This document shows positions 11,986 to 21,527 of a stretch of DNA of 64,000 bases, piece by piece (positions within the stretch are counted from its first letter, which is position 1; the number at the start of each line of letters is the position of its first letter). The position numbers were made by a program, and so were the translations under genes. The stretch lies in NCBI GenBank assembly GCA_044229145.1, contig JBGATO010000009.1, forward strand, positions 1-64,000. Reading direction: 5' to 3'. The DNA is from Candidatus Eiseniibacteriota bacterium (GTDB lineage Bacteria; Eisenbacteria; RBG-16-71-46; CAZEPH01). The notes under the pieces were generated by a model. That model ran no database searches. It saw only the letters and a list, made by a program, of their open reading frames with translations, and was not told the origin of the DNA.

Positions 11986-12845
11986 CGTTGCATCCCGATG
12001 CGCGAGCGCTGCTCCGCGCCGCGCTCGCAGAAGACCACGGTGACGGCGATGTCACCTCGCGCGCGGCCCTGCCCGCGGGCGCCCGCGCGCGCGCGGTGAT
12101 CCGCGCCAAGGCGGCCGGCGTGCTCGCCGGTCTCGAGGTCGCGCGCGCCGCGTTCCTCGCTCTCGATCCCGCGTGCTCCGTGGAGACGCCGTACGCCGAC
12201 GGCGACCGCGTCGTGCCCGGCGACATCGTGCTGCGCCTCGATGGCGATGCGCGCGCGGTGCTCGGTGCCGAACGCACGGCACTCAACTTCCTGCAGCAGC
12301 TCTCCGGCGTCGCCACGCTCACCCGCGCGTTCGTCGACGCGGTGGACGGCACCGGCGCGGCGATCCTCGACACGCGCAAGACGGTGCCGGGCATGCGCCG
12401 CCTGCAGAAGGACGCGGTGCGCGCGGGCGGCGGGCGCAATCACCGCATCGGCCTGTTCGACATGGTGCTGCTCAAGGAGAACCACCTGCGGCTGGCCGGC
12501 GGTGTGACGGCGGCGGTGCGTGCCGCCCGTGCCGCGGCGCCGGGCGTGCCAGTCGAAGTCGAGACGACGACGTTCGCGGAAGCACGCGAAGCGGTCGATG
12601 CGGGCGTGGAGCGATTGATGATCGACAATGCGGATCCGCCGACGTTGCGCGCGCGCGTCGAGTCGATCCGCGCCTATGCGGCGGAGCGCGGCGCGAGGTG
12701 CCCGGTCCTCGAGATGAGCGGCGGCGTCACGCTCGCCACCGTGCGCGCGTTCGCCGAGACCGGCGTCGACGAGATCTCGGTGGGCGCGCTCACGCACTCG
12801 GCGCCGGCCCTGGACCTGAGCCTGTTGGTGGAGGAGGTGCGATGA
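11982..12845 (+). CDS. nadC: Nicotinate-nucleotide pyrophosphorylase (quinolinate phosphoribosyltransferase)
   Basis: ALAED...[37 protein letters not shown] and SVGALTHSA motifs. Confidence 0.97.
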
Positions 12846-13654
12846 GTTGGGAGGCAGGCTTCACGCCGGCGGCGCTCGCGGAGCGCTTGAGCGGCTGCGC
12901 GCTGGCGCGCGACATCCGCGTGTTCGAGAGCGTCGACAGCACGAACGCGGTGCTCGGTGCGCTCGCGGCCGACGGCGCCGAGCAGGGCACCGTCGTCCTC
13001 GCCGACGAACAGACTGCAGGCCGCGGTCGGCTCGGCCGCGCATGGCACTCACCGCCGGGGTCGGGCCTGTGGTTCTCGGTGTTGCTCACGCCGCCCGCTG
13101 CGCCGGATGCCGGCTGGGCCGCGACGGTGTGCGCGTCGCTCGGCGTATTGCGCGGCGTCCTGATGGCGAGTGGCATCCATCCGCAAATCATGTGGCCGAA
13201 CGACCTGCTGGTGGGCGGGCGCAAGGTGTGCGGCATCCTGGCGGAGGCGAAGCCCGCGCGCGCCGACGGCACGCTGCCGATCATCGTCGGCATCGGCATC
13301 AACGTGAACCTCGCGGCCGATGCGTTTCCCGAGGAGTTCCGCGCGCGCGCGACCTCACTGAGTGCGGTCCGCGGCGCCGCGGTGGATCGCCTCGCCTTGC
13401 TCGACGCCACGCTGCGCGGCATGGCGGAGGCCTATGCGATCGCCGGCCGTGAAGGACTGGCACCGCTCCTGCAACCGTGGCGCATGCACAGCGCGATGCT
13501 CGAGAAGCGTGTGCGTGTCAATCTCGGATCGCGCACGCTCGAAGGCGTGGTGGCGGACGTACGCGAAAGCGGCGCGCTGGTGCTCCGGCGAGACGACGGC
13601 GTCCGTGAGGACGTCGTCGCCGGCGATGTCACCCTGGTGCGCTTCGCGGAATGA
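12842..13654 (+). CDS. birA: Biotin-[acetyl-CoA carboxylase] ligase without HTH domain
   Basis: DSTN, EQTAGRGRLGRAWHS, WPNDL, RKVCGIL and VGIGINVN motifs; ATGA overlap with nadC. Confidence 0.95.
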   Translation: MSWEAGFTPAALAERLSGCALARDIRVFESVDSTNAVLGALAADGAEQGTVVLADEQTAGRGRLGRAWHSPPGSGLWFSVLLTPPAAPDAGWAATVCASLGVLRGVLMASGIHPQIMWPNDLLVGGRKVCGILAEAKPARADGTLPIIVGIGINVNLAADAFPEEFRARATSLSAVRGAAVDRLALLDATLRGMAEAYAIAGREGLAPLLQPWRMHSAMLEKRVRVNLGSRTLEGVVADVRESGALVLRRDDGVREDVVAGDVTLVRFAE

Positions 13655-14824
13655 ACGACCCGCACGAGCCGCCGGTCACCCACACACCGGTGCCGGTCGC
13701 CCCCCGAGGCGCCGCCGCGGCCGCGCGCCTGGTGGCGCGATGCGCCGGCCACCGCCACGTTGATGGCGCTCAGCCTGGCGATGTTCGCCTGGGAAACCGC
13801 CGCGGGCGGTTCGCAGAATGCGGCGGTGCTGCTCCGCCTCGGCGCCGGCGCGCGCGGTCTGGTGCTCGACGGCCAGTGGTGGCGGCTGCTCACGTGCTCG
13901 GTTCTGCACGCCGGTGGGCTGCACATCGCCGCGAACATGTTCAGCTTGTGGTCGGTGGGCCGGGTCACCGAGCGATTGCTCGGCAGCGCTCGCTTTCTGA
14001 TCGTGTACTGGGCGGCGGCGCTCGCGTCGTCGGTGCTCGGCATGGCGACGTCGGAGGGCACGCTGGTCGGCGCCTCGGGCGCGATCGTCGGGTTGATCGG
14101 CCCGCTGGTCGTCTTCACGGTGCGGGTGGCGCGGGGGTCGCGCACGCAGCGTCTGCTGCAACTCGCGCGGCAGTGGGCGCCGACGGCGCTCATGCTGGCG
14201 CTGCCGGGCATCCTCATTCCGCAGGTGAGCAATGCGGCGCACGTCGGTGGGCTCCTCGCCGGTGTCGTGGTGGGGGCGGCGCTCGGGACGCGGCCGGCGC
14301 CTTGGCTGCCGGAGTCGCGCGCGCTGCGTCCGCTGGCGACCGCGGTGTCGGCGATCGCGGCGGTGGCGTTGTGCGTCGGCATCGGCCGCGCGATGGTGCC
14401 GCGGAGCCGTCTCACGCTGGGCGGCGTCCGGATCGACGCGCCTGCCGGGATCCATCTGTACCCGCTCGACGGAGACACCGCGACGTACGGCGCCGGCTTC
14501 ATCGCGGTGCGGTCGCGTCCGCGTCCCGCGACTGCGCTCTCGGGTACCGACGCGGCGCGGTGGATCGCGCAGGCGCTCTCGGACGATCTCGGTGCCCCGG
14601 TCGATCCCCTGCGCGTGCTGCCCATCGTGCGGCGGGAAGCCTCGCCGCACGGACCGGCGCTGCGCGCCAGCTTGACACTGCCGGGGGAGCAGGGAGGCCT
14701 GGTGGAATTCTGGGCGATCGCCGGACCGACGCGGGTCGTCTTGCTCGAAGTTCTCGCGCCACGGGGCGCTGCACTGCCCGCCGGCGGCAGCGACGCGGTT
14801 GCCGCGGGCCTCGCGGTGCCCTAG
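13651..14824 (+). CDS. Rhomboid family intramembrane serine protease, apparently frameshifted near the 5' end (in-frame ORF from 13760)
   Basis: WWRLLT, HIAANMFSLW, VGASGAI (catalytic Ser) and SNAAHVGG (catalytic His). The coupled ATG at 13651 is out of frame, with a C6 run at 13700-13705. Confidence 0.85.
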
Positions 14825-14881
14825 CGGCTCCGGCTTTGCGCTTGACCGGCTGCGCGCGCGACGCCGATTATTTCCGCTCCA

Positions 14882-15424
14882 ATGCGCTGCCCATCTTGTG
14901 GTTGTGAGGACGACCGGGTCATCGACTCCCGCGCCTCGCGCGACCGGACCGCGATCCGCCGTCGCCGCGAGTGCGTGGCATGCCAGCACCGGTTCACCAC
15001 CTACGAATATGTCGAAACCACCGTCCTCAGCGTCGTCAAGTCGGACGGCCGGCGCGAAGCCTTCCAACGCGACAAGTTGCTCACTGGTTTGCTCAAGGCC
15101 TGTGAGAAGCGTCCAGTCAGCCGCGAACAGGTCGACCAAGTGGCGGACACCATTTGCGGTGAATTGATGAATGCCCACTCGTCGGAGATCACCAGCGCCG
15201 ACATCGGCGATCTCGTCATGCGCGAACTCGAAGCGCTCGATCCGGTGGCGTACGTGCGATTCGCCAGCGTGTATCGGCAATTCACCGACGTGCAGCAATT
15301 CCAAGAGGTCATCAGCGGCTTCCTGCGCTCGCGGCAGCCGGTCCGTGCGCGGCGCGACGCGCCGTCCGCTGAGGGGACGCCTGCGGCCGCCGATGCGCCG
15401 CCGGCGCGTCCGCGAAAGCGCTGA
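14882..15424 (+). CDS. nrdR: Transcriptional repressor NrdR
   Basis: MRCPSCG..DRVIDSR, IRRRRECxxC..RFTTYE, ATP cone and VAYVRFASVY motifs. Confidence 0.98.
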   Translation: MRCPSCGCEDDRVIDSRASRDRTAIRRRRECVACQHRFTTYEYVETTVLSVVKSDGRREAFQRDKLLTGLLKACEKRPVSREQVDQVADTICGELMNAHSSEITSADIGDLVMRELEALDPVAYVRFASVYRQFTDVQQFQEVISGFLRSRQPVRARRDAPSAEGTPAAADAPPARPRKR

Positions 15425-15429
15425 GCCGC

Positions 15430-16212
15430 ATGTCCAACTTCTTCAAAGTCATGGCAAGCGACGCGCCGCTCCACGAGAAGGTCCACGAGATGACCTTCTG
15501 GGAGCACATCGACGAGTTCCGCAACGCCATCATCCACGCGTTGTGCGCGGTGACGTTGACCTCGATCGCCGCCTGGTTCGTCAGCGGCTGGGTGCTCGAC
15601 CGCTTGGTGGCCGACACCATCACCAAGGCAGTCTTCCTCAATCCTACCGAGGCGCTCAGCGCGCGGGTGCGCGTCACCCTGACGCTCGGCGTGATAGCCG
15701 CGCTTCCCTTCGTCGCGTGGCGCCTGTGGCGATTCATCGTGCCCGGGCTGCTGAAGCGCGAGCGCGATCTCATCGGCCCGCTGGTGCTGCTGTCGACACT
15801 GTTCTTCTATCTCGGCACGGCGTTCGGCTACTTCCTGCTGGTGCCGGGGATGACGCGCGTGTTGCTGTCGTTCGGCACCCCGCACATCACGGCGATGATC
15901 AGTGTCGACAACACGCTGAGTTTCGTGCTCGGGATGAGCCTGGCCTGCGGCGGGGTGTTCCAACTGCCGCTGGTGATCGCGGTGCTTGCGTGGCTCGGTC
16001 TGGTGACGCCCCAGATGCTGCTCGCGCGCTGGCGCGAAGCGATCCTCGGGATCTTCGTCTTCTCGGCGGTGATCACGCCCGGGGACGCGGCGAGTTCGAC
16101 GCTCATGCTCGGCGTGCCGGTCACCGGATTGTATTTCCTCAGCATCTTGTTCGCGGGCATCGTCCGCAAACGCAAGCGACGGGAGGAGAGCGCCGATGCT
16201 GTTGGCGGTTGA
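15430..16212 (+). CDS. tatC: Twin-arginine translocase subunit TatC
   Basis: EMTFWEHIDEFR, WRFIVPGL..RE, FQLPLV and SAVITPGD motifs; about 6 TM helices. Confidence 0.93.
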   Translation: MSNFFKVMASDAPLHEKVHEMTFWEHIDEFRNAIIHALCAVTLTSIAAWFVSGWVLDRLVADTITKAVFLNPTEALSARVRVTLTLGVIAALPFVAWRLWRFIVPGLLKRERDLIGPLVLLSTLFFYLGTAFGYFLLVPGMTRVLLSFGTPHITAMISVDNTLSFVLGMSLACGGVFQLPLVIAVLAWLGLVTPQMLLARWREAILGIFVFSAVITPGDAASSTLMLGVPVTGLYFLSILFAGIVRKRKRREESADAVGG

Positions 16213-16981
16213 CGTCGGCAACACCAACACGGTGGTCGGGGTGTGCGTGGCGGGGGAGGTGCGGGACGCGTTCCGCATCACCACGCCGGCAACCTGGACG
16301 CGTGACGATGTCGGACTCCTGGTGCGCGGTCTCCTGGACGGTGCCGGCTATGGCGCGGCGCCCGGACAGCGGCTCGCCGGGAGCGCGGTGCTCTGCTCGG
16401 TGGTGCCGTCGGTGACCGGCGCCTGGGAGGCGTGCCTGGAGAGTCTGTTCGGCGAACCGCCGGTCGTCGTCAGCGCGCGCACCGCGGTGGGGCTCGAGAT
16501 CCTCTACCGCGATCCGTACTCGGTGGGCGGCGACCGTCTCGCCGATGCCATGGCGGTGCTGAAGCACTACACCGCGCCGGCGATCGTCGTCGACCTCGGC
16601 ACTGCGACGACGTTCGACGTCATCGATGCGGAGGGGCGATACCTCGGCGGCGTCATCGCGCCCGGCGTCGTCACCGGCGCCCAGGAGTTGTTCCGTCGCG
16701 CCGCGCGGCTTGCGGCGGTCGAGTTGTCGCTGCCCGACCGGGTGGTCGGGCAATCGACCGAGGAGTCGATCCAGTCCGGCGTGCTGTACGGCGCGGGCGG
16801 ACAGGTCGACGGCATCGTCCGGCGCATCATCGACGAGCAGCAATTCGCGCCGACGGTGATCGCCACGGGAGGCTTGGCGCCGCTGGTCGCCCAGGTCTCG
16901 GAGACCATCACCGTGGTCGACGAGGAATTGACGATCAAGGGCCTGCTCGCCATCCACGAGGCTTCCCGGCGCGATCACTGA
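16196..16981 (+). CDS. coaX: Type III pantothenate kinase
   Basis: MLLAVDVGNTNT, SVVPS, VGGDR, VVDLGTATT and IATGGLA motifs. Confidence 0.97.
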   Translation: MLLAVDVGNTNTVVGVCVAGEVRDAFRITTPATWTRDDVGLLVRGLLDGAGYGAAPGQRLAGSAVLCSVVPSVTGAWEACLESLFGEPPVVVSARTAVGLEILYRDPYSVGGDRLADAMAVLKHYTAPAIVVDLGTATTFDVIDAEGRYLGGVIAPGVVTGAQELFRRAARLAAVELSLPDRVVGQSTEESIQSGVLYGAGGQVDGIVRRIIDEQQFAPTVIATGGLAPLVAQVSETITVVDEELTIKGLLAIHEASRRDH

Positions 16982-17092
16982 CGCGCGCCGGTTCGATATG
17001 CGACAATAGGCGGATGCCGCGTCCTGCGGCGCGGGAACGCCAGCCGGCCGTGCGCGATTGTCCGAATCGACGCACTTTTGCCGGAGTGCCGG

Positions 17093-17121
17093 GCAACCCG
17101 GCCCGCGACCGCGGGCGTCTA
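17093..17121 (+). promoter_or_regulatory. Candidate ECF sigma autoregulatory promoter
   Basis: GCAACC-N17-CGTCTA upstream of the ECF sigma gene, matching the AAC/CGT pattern typical of ECF promoters. Confidence 0.4.
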
Positions 17122-17174
17122 GGTCACGTCGCTCGCGCGGGACGCGAGTCGCACGCCGGAGGAGGACTGCCCAG

Positions 17175-17795
17175 ATGAACACCGCGCCCGACCCTGTCAC
17201 GGACGGGCAAGCCGGACAGCCGTCGGCCACGTCGAAACGTGCGGACGAAATGGAACTGGTCGCCCGCACCGTGGCGGGGGACATCAACGCCTTCCGCTGC
17301 ATCTACGACCGCCACCGCGCCACCGTGTACTCGGTGTCCTTGCGGCTGCTCGGCAATGCCCACGACGCCGAGGACGCCACGCAGGAAGTCTTCCTTCTGC
17401 TCCACCGTAAGCTGGGCTCGTTCCGCGGCCAGTCGGCTCTCGGCACGTGGATCTACCGCCTGGCGCTGAACGTCTGCTTCTCCATCCTGCGCCGCAAGAA
17501 GCGCCGCCCCGAGCCGTGGGACCCGGCGCTGATGGGCAACCTCAAGGCGCGGCCGGAAGGCACTTCCTGGAAGCCTCTCATCGAACAGGCGCTGGCCAAG
17601 CTCCCGGACGGAGCGCGGTCGGTGTTCCTGCTCCACGACATCGAGGGCCTCGAGCACGAGGAAATCGGCCAAATGCTCGGCATCTCCTCGGGCACCTCGA
17701 AGTCGCAACTGTTCAAGGCGCGGCAAGCGCTGCGCCGTCACCTCAGCGAGCCCCTCAACCTGGAGTCTCGTCACTGGAGCGGCAGTCATGCCTGA
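17175..17795 (+). CDS. ECF-family RNA polymerase sigma factor
   Basis: DAEDATQEVF, FRGQSALGTWIYRLALN and LHDIEGLEHEEIGQMLGISSGTSKSQLFKAR motifs; GGAGGA RBS. Confidence 0.96.
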   Translation: MNTAPDPVTDGQAGQPSATSKRADEMELVARTVAGDINAFRCIYDRHRATVYSVSLRLLGNAHDAEDATQEVFLLLHRKLGSFRGQSALGTWIYRLALNVCFSILRRKKRRPEPWDPALMGNLKARPEGTSWKPLIEQALAKLPDGARSVFLLHDIEGLEHEEIGQMLGISSGTSKSQLFKARQALRRHLSEPLNLESRHWSGSHA

Positions 17796-18771
17796 CACTC
17801 AGCTTCTCGACCCCCTGCCGAACCTGCCGTGCGTCAACCTGCCGTTGGTGCACGAATACGTCGACGGCACGCTCGACCCCGCGACTCAGCGTCGCGTGGC
17901 GGCCCACCTCGCGGGATGCGCGGTGTGCGAGAGCGAGCGTGCCTTCGTCGTCGAACTACGCGCACAGGTCGCGGACATGCCGCGCCTGGCGCCGCCGGAT
18001 CACCTCTGGGAGTCCATCGCCGCCTCGCTCGGCGCCGCGTCCGACCGCGGTGACGACAGTGGCGAGGGCGATCCGCTCCCCGAGTGGGGGACCGGCACTT
18101 TTGGCGCGGACGTGGAGCCGCCGGTGCGAGCGACCCGTCGTGCCCCGCGCTGGCGGGGATGGATCGCGGGACTCTCCGTGTCGGCGGCGGCCGCCGCGGT
18201 GGTCGTTCCGACCCTGATCCAGCGGGCGCACGTGCCGGTGGTCGCCTCGCGGGATGCGGCACCGGTGACGCAGCGTGCGGCGGTCACCCCGCCGAGCACC
18301 GCGGCCGTCCTTTCGCCCGTCGCGGGGGCAGATGCGCACTCCGCGAACGCCTCGCACGGGACGCGCGCGACGACGAATGCGGCGCCGGCGCAGCTTGCCT
18401 CCGCGACGTCCTCGGACGCGCAGCCACGCACCAACCCGTTGCTCAGCGATGGCATGGTGGTGGACGGCATGATGCTCACCGGGGTGTCGCTCGACCGTTC
18501 GCTTGGCTCGCGTCAAGGGCAGCAGGCTGAGGTCGCCTTGGAACAGGAAAAGCTCTTCCAGGCCGAGGCGGCGATCGCCAGTTGCGAAGCGGCATTGCGC
18601 GAAAACCCGAACGATCCGCGCGTGAACCAGGAGTACAAGCGCGCACTCGAAATCAAGGCGCACGCCTTGGAAGTCATCCGTGCTGCGGGCCGGTCGACCT
18701 TCTCGTCGCCGGGATCGCCCGAGGCGTACCCGGTGAGTCTGGAACCGGCGGGCTCGCCGCGCCGGTGGTAG
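17788..18771 (+). CDS. Zinc-binding (zf-HC2) transmembrane anti-sigma factor
   Basis: HEYVDGTL...HLAGCAVC (HxxxCxxC), one TM segment and a C-terminal helical domain; overlaps the sigma gene. Confidence 0.88.
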   Translation: MPDTQLLDPLPNLPCVNLPLVHEYVDGTLDPATQRRVAAHLAGCAVCESERAFVVELRAQVADMPRLAPPDHLWESIAASLGAASDRGDDSGEGDPLPEWGTGTFGADVEPPVRATRRAPRWRGWIAGLSVSAAAAAVVVPTLIQRAHVPVVASRDAAPVTQRAAVTPPSTAAVLSPVAGADAHSANASHGTRATTNAAPAQLASATSSDAQPRTNPLLSDGMVVDGMMLTGVSLDRSLGSRQGQQAEVALEQEKLFQAEAAIASCEAALRENPNDPRVNQEYKRALEIKAHALEVIRAAGRSTFSSPGSPEAYPVSLEPAGSPRRW

Positions 18772-18773
18772 AG

Positions 18774-20498
18774 ATGCAGCGGCGCCGATGGTCGGGAGTG
18801 ATCGCCGGCGCGTGGAGTCTCGCGGTGGCAGGCGTGGCGTTCGCCTACGCCTCCGCCGCGGCGGACGGTCCCGCGGCTCCGGCGCCCGTGTACCACCGGG
18901 TGGTCGTCACGCGACCGGCCGTGCCGTCGCCCGCCACGCGGGATACGCTTTCGCTCGAAGCGGAGTTGGCGCGCACGCGCGCGCAGCTCGAGCGCATCAG
19001 CGAGCGGCTCGATGCCCTCCGTTCGTCTCCGCGCACGCGCGGCAGCGCGCCTGCCCGCGCGCACGTCGTGCCGGTGCCGCCGGCGCTCCTCGATGACAGC
19101 GGAGGCACCTTCGATCTCGGATTCCTCGCGGAGTTCGCCGAATCGATCGCCACGTCCTTGCGTCGCGCATCGCCGATCGCCCCGGGTGGATTGGCCCGGC
19201 TGGACGACGCGCCGGTGCATGTGCCCAACTGCTGGTCGCCGGCGTTCGACGCGGCCACCGACGACCGGGAGTACGTCGCCCGGCGCTCGCACACCATCGC
19301 GGTGCCCGGCGGCGCGCCCATTCGCATCACGCACAGCTACGGCGATGTGAGTGTCGAGCCCAGCGACGGCGAGGAGATCGAACTCGTCGAACGCGTGTCT
19401 GTGGACTGGCAGGGCCGCGATCCCGACGCGGTCGCGCGCTACCTGGACGCACTCACCGTCTCCGCGGTGCGTCGTGGCGACTCCGTCCTGGTGTCGCTGA
19501 CGCGGCCGGCGGTTCGTCCGCCGGACATTAGTCAACTCGGCCTCGACCTGGCGCTGCGGGTTCCGGCGGGGCATCCCATCGTGGTCGGGTCGTCCTACGG
19601 GGATGTCGTGCTGCGGGGGCTGACCTCGCCGCTCACCGCCCGCTCCTCCTTCGGTGATGTCGAAGTGGTGCGGACCAGTGGCCCGCTCGTCCTCGGCTGT
19701 CAGAACGGGGACGTGGTGGTACGCCGGCACGACGGTTCGCTGGTCATCGACAATGCGAACGGCGCCGTCAACCTGGTGGACGTCAGCGGCGCCGTGTCGG
19801 TGTCCGGGCGTCTGAGCGAGGTGTTCGGGCGCATGCTCGACGGGGCCTGCACGCTCGACCTGCGGGGCGGCAGTGGTCTGGTGTCCGACATCCAGGGATC
19901 CCTGACGGTGAGTGGTGAGAAAGCGACGCTCGAAGCGCGCGACATCGAGGGGCGGGTGACCCTGACCTCGGATCTCGGAGACGTGCGGCTGACGCGCCTC
20001 CAATCCGGGGCGTCGGTCCACGTTCGCCGCGGTTCGCTCGAGGTCGAGGAAGGCGATGGCGACATCGACATCGAGGCGCGCGACGCCTTCACGCGCGTCC
20101 AGAGTCCGAGCGGGCGCCTTCACCTCAACAGCCAGCGGGGCGACGTGGTCGTCGACGCCCGCGACGGTGCTCCGCTCCATGGCCTGCGTGCAGACGTAAT
20201 AGACGGTTCCGCAGTCATTTACGTCTCTCCGACGATTCCGGCCTCGGTCGAGGCGCGCGCGGTGGGGGGCCACATTCTGACCGATTTGCCCTTGGCCGTG
20301 GTCAGTGGGCCGGACGGCACACGGACGAGCGGATTCGTGGGTGGAGGCACCGTGCCACTCACGATTAACACGACATCGGGCAGTGTCTACCTGTATGCTG
20401 GCATCTCGTCAGCGCAGGCGCACGCAACACGCATCCCTCGGTTCGCACCGCGCCCGGACGCCCCTCGAGCGGTACCCGCCGTCCGTCCGGAGCGCTGA
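18774..20498 (+). CDS. Secreted DUF4097 (beta-strand repeat, adhesin-like) protein
   Basis: Signal peptide and repeated S/N-x-G-D/A-V-x-V/L units (SYGDV, SFGDV, QNGDV, ANGAV, DLGDV, QRGDV). Confidence 0.82.
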   Translation: MQRRRWSGVIAGAWSLAVAGVAFAYASAAADGPAAPAPVYHRVVVTRPAVPSPATRDTLSLEAELARTRAQLERISERLDALRSSPRTRGSAPARAHVVPVPPALLDDSGGTFDLGFLAEFAESIATSLRRASPIAPGGLARLDDAPVHVPNCWSPAFDAATDDREYVARRSHTIAVPGGAPIRITHSYGDVSVEPSDGEEIELVERVSVDWQGRDPDAVARYLDALTVSAVRRGDSVLVSLTRPAVRPPDISQLGLDLALRVPAGHPIVVGSSYGDVVLRGLTSPLTARSSFGDVEVVRTSGPLVLGCQNGDVVVRRHDGSLVIDNANGAVNLVDVSGAVSVSGRLSEVFGRMLDGACTLDLRGGSGLVSDIQGSLTVSGEKATLEARDIEGRVTLTSDLGDVRLTRLQSGASVHVRRGSLEVEEGDGDIDIEARDAFTRVQSPSGRLHLNSQRGDVVVDARDGAPLHGLRADVIDGSAVIYVSPTIPASVEARAVGGHILTDLPLAVVSGPDGTRTSGFVGGGTVPLTINTTSGSVYLYAGISSAQAHATRIPRFAPRPDAPRAVPAVRPER

Positions 20499-20628
20499 CT
20501 CGTCCGCCGCCTGAGGTCTCTCGAAGTACTCCTCAGGGTGGGCGCGTCCTCCCCGAACGACGGGCCGCCATCCCGCGTCGCAGTGCTGGGTTATTTACAG
20601 CATCGTGCATGACATCGTGCTAAGCCGC

Positions 20629-20658
20629 TTGCCGGTTCGCTGGGCGATCAGGTAGACT
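20629..20658 (+). promoter_or_regulatory. Putative sigma70 promoter
   Basis: TTGCCG-N18-TAGACT, preceded by the direct repeat CATCGTGC at 20601-20608 and 20613-20620. Confidence 0.5.
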
Positions 20659-20788
20659 AGGTGAGTACTCGACAGGAGAGACAGGTCCCACGCGTGGGAC
20701 GATGACCTCTGCCTCCCGATCTCTGGTCCACTCGCTCCTCTAGACCGCCAGCTCCTCTACGACGGACTTCCCAGAAGGAGACAGCTAC

Positions 20789-21442
20789 ATGCGTTTTGCT
20801 GTGGTCGCGTTGCTCGTATTGCTCTGCGTCGCGGGTGTGACTCAGGCGCAGGCCAACGACTTCCTGTACAACTACCACGGGAACGTGTGGGAGGTGGGTG
20901 CGTTCGGCTCGTTGGGCAGCACCGCCTACGCCGTCGGCGAAGTCGACAGTATCGCACCGTTCCTCACGCAGGGTTCGGGCTGCACCTGGACCTTCTACTT
21001 GTCGAACCTCGTCGCGCAGAGCGTGTCGGTGAACGGCAACAAGGTCACCGTCTGCTACACGGGCGGCACCATCGAGGTGCACGAGGACTGCCTGAACTCC
21101 CCGGCGTCCTGCTACGGCACCACTACGCCGCCGAACGACTGCGCCCCGAGCACCTTCACCGACGGCCCGACCGTGCTCCTCGGCGACATGTCGAACTTCT
21201 GCATCGTGCAGAACATCTCGACGCAGCAGGGGACGTTCTCCGGCGATGTCAACTTTACCGGTGGGACGCTGCTCAGCAGCCTCCCGACGCGGAGCGGCTG
21301 GACCTTTGGTGCGGACTTCAACCGCTTCGCGAACCAGGGCTACCAGCACTACGCCATCGGAAAGGTGGAGTTGCTGCCGGTCACGCCGGTGCGCCCGTCC
21401 ACGTGGGGCTCGATCAAGTCGCTGTACACCACGACGCAGTAA
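20789..21442 (+). CDS. Secreted Cys-containing beta-rich protein with C-terminal (S/T)TWGxIKxLY motif
   Basis: AAGGAG RBS, Sec signal peptide (AQA), T/G/S/N-rich body, C-terminus VTPVRPSTWGSIKSLYTTTQ. Confidence 0.85.
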   Translation: MRFAVVALLVLLCVAGVTQAQANDFLYNYHGNVWEVGAFGSLGSTAYAVGEVDSIAPFLTQGSGCTWTFYLSNLVAQSVSVNGNKVTVCYTGGTIEVHEDCLNSPASCYGTTTPPNDCAPSTFTDGPTVLLGDMSNFCIVQNISTQQGTFSGDVNFTGGTLLSSLPTRSGWTFGADFNRFANQGYQHYAIGKVELLPVTPVRPSTWGSIKSLYTTTQ

Positions 21443-21489
21443 CCGTCGTCCCGGGTGGGGAGCGCATCGCGCTCCCTCCAACCACGCGG

Positions 21490-21527
21490 AAGAGGCCGCG
21501 AGCTCAGGCTCGCGGCCTCTTTCATTT
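21490..21527 (+). terminator. Rho-independent terminator, probably bidirectional
   Basis: AAGAGGCCGCGAGC-tcag-GCTCGCGGCCTCTT followed by TCATTT, between convergent genes. Confidence 0.85.

Noticed and set aside
13652..13760. BirA-rhomboid fusion by TGA readthrough or selenocysteine (both are in the same frame)
   Set aside because: BirA ends at its normal C-terminus, no SECIS-like hairpin is evident, and the ATGA-coupled start with a homopolymer frameshift is simpler.
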